Shown here: positions 42,617 through 46,932 of the stretch, piece after piece | Numbering within the stretch: position 1 is the first letter of the stretch | How the letters are laid out: each line of letters starts with the position of its first letter | UHGV virus genome: UHGV-0283311 | Length of the DNA stretch: 46,932 nt | Source: a virus | Direction: 5' to 3' (one strand) | Translations under genes and position numbers: made by a program | Notes under the pieces: generated by a model | Seen by the model: the letters and a program-made list of their open reading frames with translations, nothing else | Told to the model about the DNA's origin: nothing | Databases searched by the model: none

Positions 42617-43045
42617 ATGCAAATCATAGCTGGTCAAGAACTTGACATCATAGATGCAAAAACACAGAAGTACATCGCAACAGTGAAGGCTATAGGGGTC
42701 AGGGATTGGAATACTGAATATCCAATTCAATGCCTTGTGCTGGAAAAGTTTAAAGCTAATGGTATACACTTTTACCACGGTAACTACATCAGCTTTAACA
42801 AAGATGGTTACTGGCGTGGTAGTGACCACCCTCAAGCAAATGAGTTTGATATGCGTCTAGTGATACCACAAAAAGGTAAATCACAAAATGTAAAAGATAT
42901 CCTTGTAGAAGCCTATGCAGAAGGTATAATAGATGTTGTGCATGATGTTGAAAAAGCTTTAAAGCTTGTTATGCCACATTTAGAATCTGGAAAGCTGACT
43001 TTAGAGATGCTTAATAGGGTTATTCGGAGAGCTTATGAAAGTTAA
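42617..43045 (+). CDS. hypothetical protein
   Basis: 142-aa ORF with RBS agaaggta. Confidence 0.55.
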   Translation: MQIIAGQELDIIDAKTQKYIATVKAIGVRDWNTEYPIQCLVLEKFKANGIHFYHGNYISFNKDGYWRGSDHPQANEFDMRLVIPQKGKSQNVKDILVEAYAEGIIDVVHDVEKALKLVMPHLESGKLTLEMLNRVIRRAYES

Positions 43046-43499
43046 AGAAACAGTTCGAAAAGCAATGCTTGACAACTCAACTAAAGACGAAATGTACAAA
43101 GAAATTTGTGATAAGTTAAATTGCTCAAGACATGCTGCTAAGGTTCTTGTACATTGTTTTATCTGGGAATGCTCAGAAGCCTATATGCAATATGTAGCGT
43201 TTGAAAGTTCTCACTTACTAGGTGATGTAGAAGCTGGTGAGAAACTAAAAGAACCTGAGATGAAAACAGTCCCTAAAGTTGGTAATGTATACCCTCTTAA
43301 AGATTTCAAGACTGGAAAGATTGTTGCAAAAGGTGTAGTAGAATCTGTTTATCACGATGGTAAATACTTACTTAAAATATTTGAGTATGATAGCCACTAC
43401 ACACACTTGTGTGGGATTACATTCTTAGTAACAGAAGAAGACCTCATTAAGAACAACGGCAACAAGTTTGCAGTTCCAGCTTACCAAGTTTTACGATAA
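43035..43499 (+). CDS. hypothetical protein
   Basis: 154-aa ORF with RBS ggaga. Confidence 0.55.
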   Translation: MKVKETVRKAMLDNSTKDEMYKEICDKLNCSRHAAKVLVHCFIWECSEAYMQYVAFESSHLLGDVEAGEKLKEPEMKTVPKVGNVYPLKDFKTGKIVAKGVVESVYHDGKYLLKIFEYDSHYTHLCGITFLVTEEDLIKNNGNKFAVPAYQVLR

Positions 43500-43512
43500 T
43501 GGTGTGATAGCT

Positions 43513-44061
43513 ATGGAAAAAGATAACTTAAAAGAAGTTGAAGGTAACTACCTAGTCCTTGATTGGAGTGATATTCGGGAAGCACTCTCCGAAGAAAATC
43601 TTGACTGGTTCGAACAAATTATCTTTGCAGTACGGCATAACAGAGAAGTTGAAAATGGTAAAGAGCCACTTGAAGGAATCTTTGTAGAAAGGTCTTATCC
43701 GTTCTATGAAGACACTTTGCAGAAAGTTAAGATGTACTTTAGACAGAAGAACCGTAAAGTAGTCACTATGGTATCTCTTGGTGGACAGAGTATGTCTGTG
43801 ATGGAAGATATCAATCCTAAGAGACCGAGTAAAGGTGTTTGTATAAAAATCACAGGTCATGAAGAGTATATCTCAGCAAGTGATTTTAGTGTATTCTGTA
43901 ATGGTTCTGCTGTCTTTAATGGGTTTCACTATGATATCCGAGTGTATCCAATCAAGGGAGATGATATCATGATGCAGGTATTTGATAACAACAACGGATT
44001 CACTCATTTTTATCAGACAACCAAGTCATCATTAAAAACAGTTCTGGAAACACTGATTTAA
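43513..44061 (+). CDS. hypothetical protein
   Basis: track start 43468 is TTG; first ATG at 43513 lies 14 nt after upstream stop. Confidence 0.5.
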   Translation: MEKDNLKEVEGNYLVLDWSDIREALSEENLDWFEQIIFAVRHNREVENGKEPLEGIFVERSYPFYEDTLQKVKMYFRQKNRKVVTMVSLGGQSMSVMEDINPKRPSKGVCIKITGHEEYISASDFSVFCNGSAVFNGFHYDIRVYPIKGDDIMMQVFDNNNGFTHFYQTTKSSLKTVLETLI

Positions 44062-44072
44062 AATATCTTAAT

Positions 44073-44098
44073 AGCCTCCTTAATTGGGGGCTTTTTAT
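44073..44098 (+). terminator. Rho-independent terminator
   Basis: agcctcc-ttaatt-gggggct followed by ttttta. Confidence 0.6.
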
Positions 44099-44194
44099 TG
44101 AGTAAAATTTACGAAATTTATATTTTTTATAAAATTTTATCGGTTGTCCCAACCTCTGGGTCACCATCATATGTGAACAAAATATCTATCCTTC

Positions 44195-45260
44195 TTAACA
44201 ACCTTTTTAATCTTACTCTCTATATAGTTATATAGTACTATATAGTATCTTAGTAACTACCTAGTGGTCTTAATAGCCCCTCTGTATAATCCTTCTAACA
44301 AGCCCTCTAACAAGCCTTCTTAACAACCTATACAATCACCTTAACCATCTCTCTATACACTCTTAGAAGCTCCTATACACCTCTTAATCTCTATGTCAGC
44401 TATGACACTCTCTATAGGTGTTCACTAGGTGCTACTAAGCCTCTATATAGACTGTTTTAACAAACTTAACAGGAATATCTTTACAGGCCTTATCTCACAA
44501 GGTCTAACACGGTACTAACAAGGTATCTTATAAGCCTGTTATTACCTGTATTTTAGAAAGACTGTATAGGTAATTATTCAGATTTTTAAAATTTTTATAA
44601 AATAGGACTATCAAGTCATTTTTTAGGGTCTTTGAAGGAACTGAAAAATATCTGTAGAAGATGTATATCTGCTTGGTAGCCCTTAACAGCTCCCTTACAA
44701 GTACTTTGCAAAATTTTAAAATATCCTTAACAATCTCTTAACAGTTACTACATCTTCTTAACATCTCTTCAAAGGTCTTAACAGATTCTTAACAGAACTA
44801 ACAAGAGCGTAACAGTTTTCTAACAAGTGCTGAATAGGCTTTACAGAATCTTAACAGATGACTAACAAGAGCTAACAAGTTAATTTTTAAGAGTTATTTT
44901 GTTAAGATAATTAACAAGTTTCTAACAAGTGTTTAATCTTTTTAACAATCTATTAACATGGTCACTACTCTTTCCTTATCGTTCCCTTTCCTTTCTTAGT
45001 GATTCTTTAAACATACCTCTTAAAAGCTCTCTATAGCCCCTTGTAAGCTCTTTTAAACCTCTTCCTAGTAATTACACCCCAACTGTACAGATACCTCTTT
45101 ATAGGGCTTTACAGGGGCTTTAAAGGCTATGTCAAAGGTTCTTACAAGGCTTTTACGTGGTTTTAACAGAGATTTAACAAGGGGCTAACAAGTTGCTAAC
45201 AAGTGCCTTAAAAGCATAACTATGTAGGGATTGTTAAGAAATTGTTAAGAAAATGTTAAG
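44195..45260. repeat. Non-coding region with about 30 copies of TAACA(A/G) in both orientations (iteron-like array)
   Basis: cttaacag, ctaacaag and tgttaag recur at 10-12-bp spacing (e.g. 44777-44830); AT-rich stretches at 44100-44160 and 44580-44610; no ORF of 60 aa or more. Confidence 0.6.
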
Positions 45261-45270
45261 GGGGCTAGCA

Positions 45271-45313
45271 TTTACGTAACTTTATAGCCCCTTTTACGTA
45301 ACTTTAAAGCCCC
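45271..45313. repeat. tandem direct repeat of 21 bp
   Basis: tttacgtaactttatagcccc then tttacgtaactttaaagcccc. Confidence 0.6.
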
Positions 45314-45720
45314 TATAACATACTTTTTAGTGACTATCAAGGGGTTGTTTAGTTATTCACAAGAATACTAATGAGATGATAAAGCTTACACCCTTATAAG
45401 ATTCTTTTAAGTCTCTGGGAAGCTCTAGGAAGGGCTTTTTAGGGTGAGTTAATGCAACCCCTTAAGTTAGGTTGATAAGGCTGTTATAGGGCGTTATAGA
45501 GCGTTTAAGGGGTTGCCCTTCCCTTTCGGGTTATGGGCTTATATTTAAGTTGATTTGATAAGAGGTTATAGAGTAGACTATAGAGTTATTGCTTTTAAGG
45601 TCTGATAAGATTCTGGAAAGGTGAGGGAAAGGGATTGTATAAGGATTCGATAGACGTAAAAAAGCCCCTTTAAATAGGGGCTGTTAGGGTATCTGGGGCT
45701 AAATAGCCCCGCTGCGTCGA

Positions 45721-45969
45721 TTAGTTATAATCTTGTTTGTTGTAGTACAGGGAGACGATTTTTTCTCCCCAATAGTGATAAGTATAACCATCCTTGAGAA
45801 CTTCTTGTTTTGTTTCCTCCCAGAACTCATCCGAAGGATTATAGTCTTTGATGGTCTGACTGATAAGACATTTCACCATTTCAAAGGCGTTATCAGTGCC
45901 TGCAATGTCAAATTTAACATCCAGAGAGGAAAAACCGAACTCGTTAACAGTAGCGCGGATAGTTGCCAT
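45721..45969 (-). CDS. hypothetical small protein
   Basis: 82-aa ORF; AGGAG RBS within the upstream conserved element. Confidence 0.5.
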   Translation of the reverse strand: MATIRATVNEFGFSSLDVKFDIAGTDNAFEMVKCLISQTIKDYNPSDEFWEETKQEVLKDGYTYHYWGEKIVSLYYNKQDYN

Positions 45970-45977
45970 TTTTGAAT

Positions 45978-46035
45978 CTCCTAGTTTAAGGGTTTTATTT
46001 AGTGGGGAGGTTATCGCCTCCCGTTGATTAGTAAT
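45978..46035 (-). promoter_or_regulatory. conserved intergenic element copy 1 (GC hairpin plus RBS)
   Basis: ctcctagtttaagggttttatttagtggggagg-ttatcg-cctcccgttgatt matches copies at 46308 and 46905. Confidence 0.5.
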
Positions 46036-46299
46036 TTACTGCATATTGGCGTATGTTGCAAGCCTTTTTTCGTTGTATTTTGTAAGAATCTCACAAGATA
46101 CAACATCATACTTTGTAACAGCGTTGCCTTTATCGAGGTCAAAAAAGCCAAACGCTTTACCATCTTTGAATCCGACAACTTCGTAAGATTCTTTGATGAT
46201 TTCACCATTGAACAAATCACTTTCGATACGGTGAAATAATGCTACATCTTCTTTGTCGGTTGCAATTTGTAAAAGTGTGGTTAATTCTACGTTTTCCAT
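46036..46299 (-). CDS. hypothetical small protein
   Basis: 87-aa ORF preceded by conserved element copy 2. Confidence 0.5.
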   Translation of the reverse strand: MENVELTTLLQIATDKEDVALFHRIESDLFNGEIIKESYEVVGFKDGKAFGFFDLDKGNAVTKYDVVSCEILTKYNEKRLATYANMQ

Positions 46300-46307
46300 C
46301 TTGATAA

Positions 46308-46365
46308 CTCCAGTTTAGGACTTTATTTAGTGGGGAAGGTCATTCCCTCCCCGTTGATTGACAAT
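46308..46365 (-). promoter_or_regulatory. conserved intergenic element copy 2
   Basis: ctccagtttaggactttatttagtggggaagg-tcatt-ccctccccgttgattgaca. Confidence 0.5.
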
Positions 46366-46896
46366 TTACAGACTTTTAAGTGTCTCGTCAATATCTTTTT
46401 CAATGTCTTTTAAAGTTTTTTCTAAGTTCTTGATATTGAAGGATAAACCTTCACCGAGAGTCTTAGAGTAACCACTAGGACGTAAATTATACAGTTTAAT
46501 TTCTTCCACTTTAAAGAGACTAACTAACTCACCGTTTACATCATAAGCCATTGAAACAGTATTTGCAGGTGCATTGTAAAACTTGTTTAGTGACTTGATA
46601 GAACGTTCATAAGCCATTTTATAACCGTTTAAAAGGTTTTTAACGTGGTTGTGAACGTTTTTACACTCATCTAGATAAATCTCTAAGAATAACGGTAATA
46701 ATTCCGCTACAGCTTGCATAAAGTGAGAGACTACAACGGTTGAGACATTACGACGATGAACGTAATAAGCCCCGTTTTCTGATTTGGTGATTGTTGCGAA
46801 ATGTACCCCATTACAACGAAATTCGTATGTATCTTTTACAGGCTTAGACATTACAGCATTTGAACGAATGAAGTTGATAGCTTGAAATTTGTTCAT
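46366..46896 (-). CDS. hypothetical protein
   Basis: 176-aa ORF preceded by conserved element copy 3. Confidence 0.5.
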   Translation of the reverse strand: MNKFQAINFIRSNAVMSKPVKDTYEFRCNGVHFATITKSENGAYYVHRRNVSTVVVSHFMQAVAELLPLFLEIYLDECKNVHNHVKNLLNGYKMAYERSIKSLNKFYNAPANTVSMAYDVNGELVSLFKVEEIKLYNLRPSGYSKTLGEGLSFNIKNLEKTLKDIEKDIDETLKSL

Positions 46897-46904
46897 TTTA
46901 GAAT

Positions 46905-46932
46905 CTCCAGTTTAGGACTTTATTTAGTGGGG
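46905..46932 (-). promoter_or_regulatory. conserved intergenic element copy 3 (truncated by window end)
   Basis: ctccagtttaggactttatttagtgggg is identical to the first 28 nt of copy 2. Confidence 0.45.

Noticed and set aside
45978-46365. Conserved intergenic hairpins as Rho-independent terminators
   Set aside because: No U-tract follows the hairpin on either strand; the conserved flanks and coupled RBS argue for a start-of-gene element.

Overview
This 46.9-kb window reads as a segment of a tailed dsDNA phage with a contractile tail. All calls are from reading the sequence and ORF track by eye; no searches or tools were run, so coordinates of RNA features are approximate (+/- 3 nt) and functions rest on motifs and gene order. 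Layout: (1) 1-1750, a repeat array of four ~130-bp units flanking two small genes; (2) 1765-5248, plus-strand small genes ending in dihydrofolate reductase and thymidylate synthase; (3) 5285-29052, a minus-strand structural module (tail fibers with His-rich tips, baseplate, tape measure, frameshifted chaperone pair, tube, sheath, capsid, protease, portal, large terminase); (4) 29275-34429, a minus-strand array of about 27 tRNA or tRNA-like genes with three embedded protein genes; (5) 34595-36463, a vWA-domain protein and a small basic protein; (6) 36713-44061, a compact plus-strand operon of small genes including an Ig-like repeat protein and a GH24 endolysin; (7) 44100-45720, a 1.6-kb non-coding region dense in TAACA(A/G) repeats; (8) 45721-46896, three small minus-strand genes each preceded by a conserved ~58-bp element. 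Best candidates for something undescribed: the (GGTNN)n repeat units with covarying hairpins, the vWA/possible Ro60-like gene beside non-canonical tRNA-like elements, and the TAACAAG iteron-like array.
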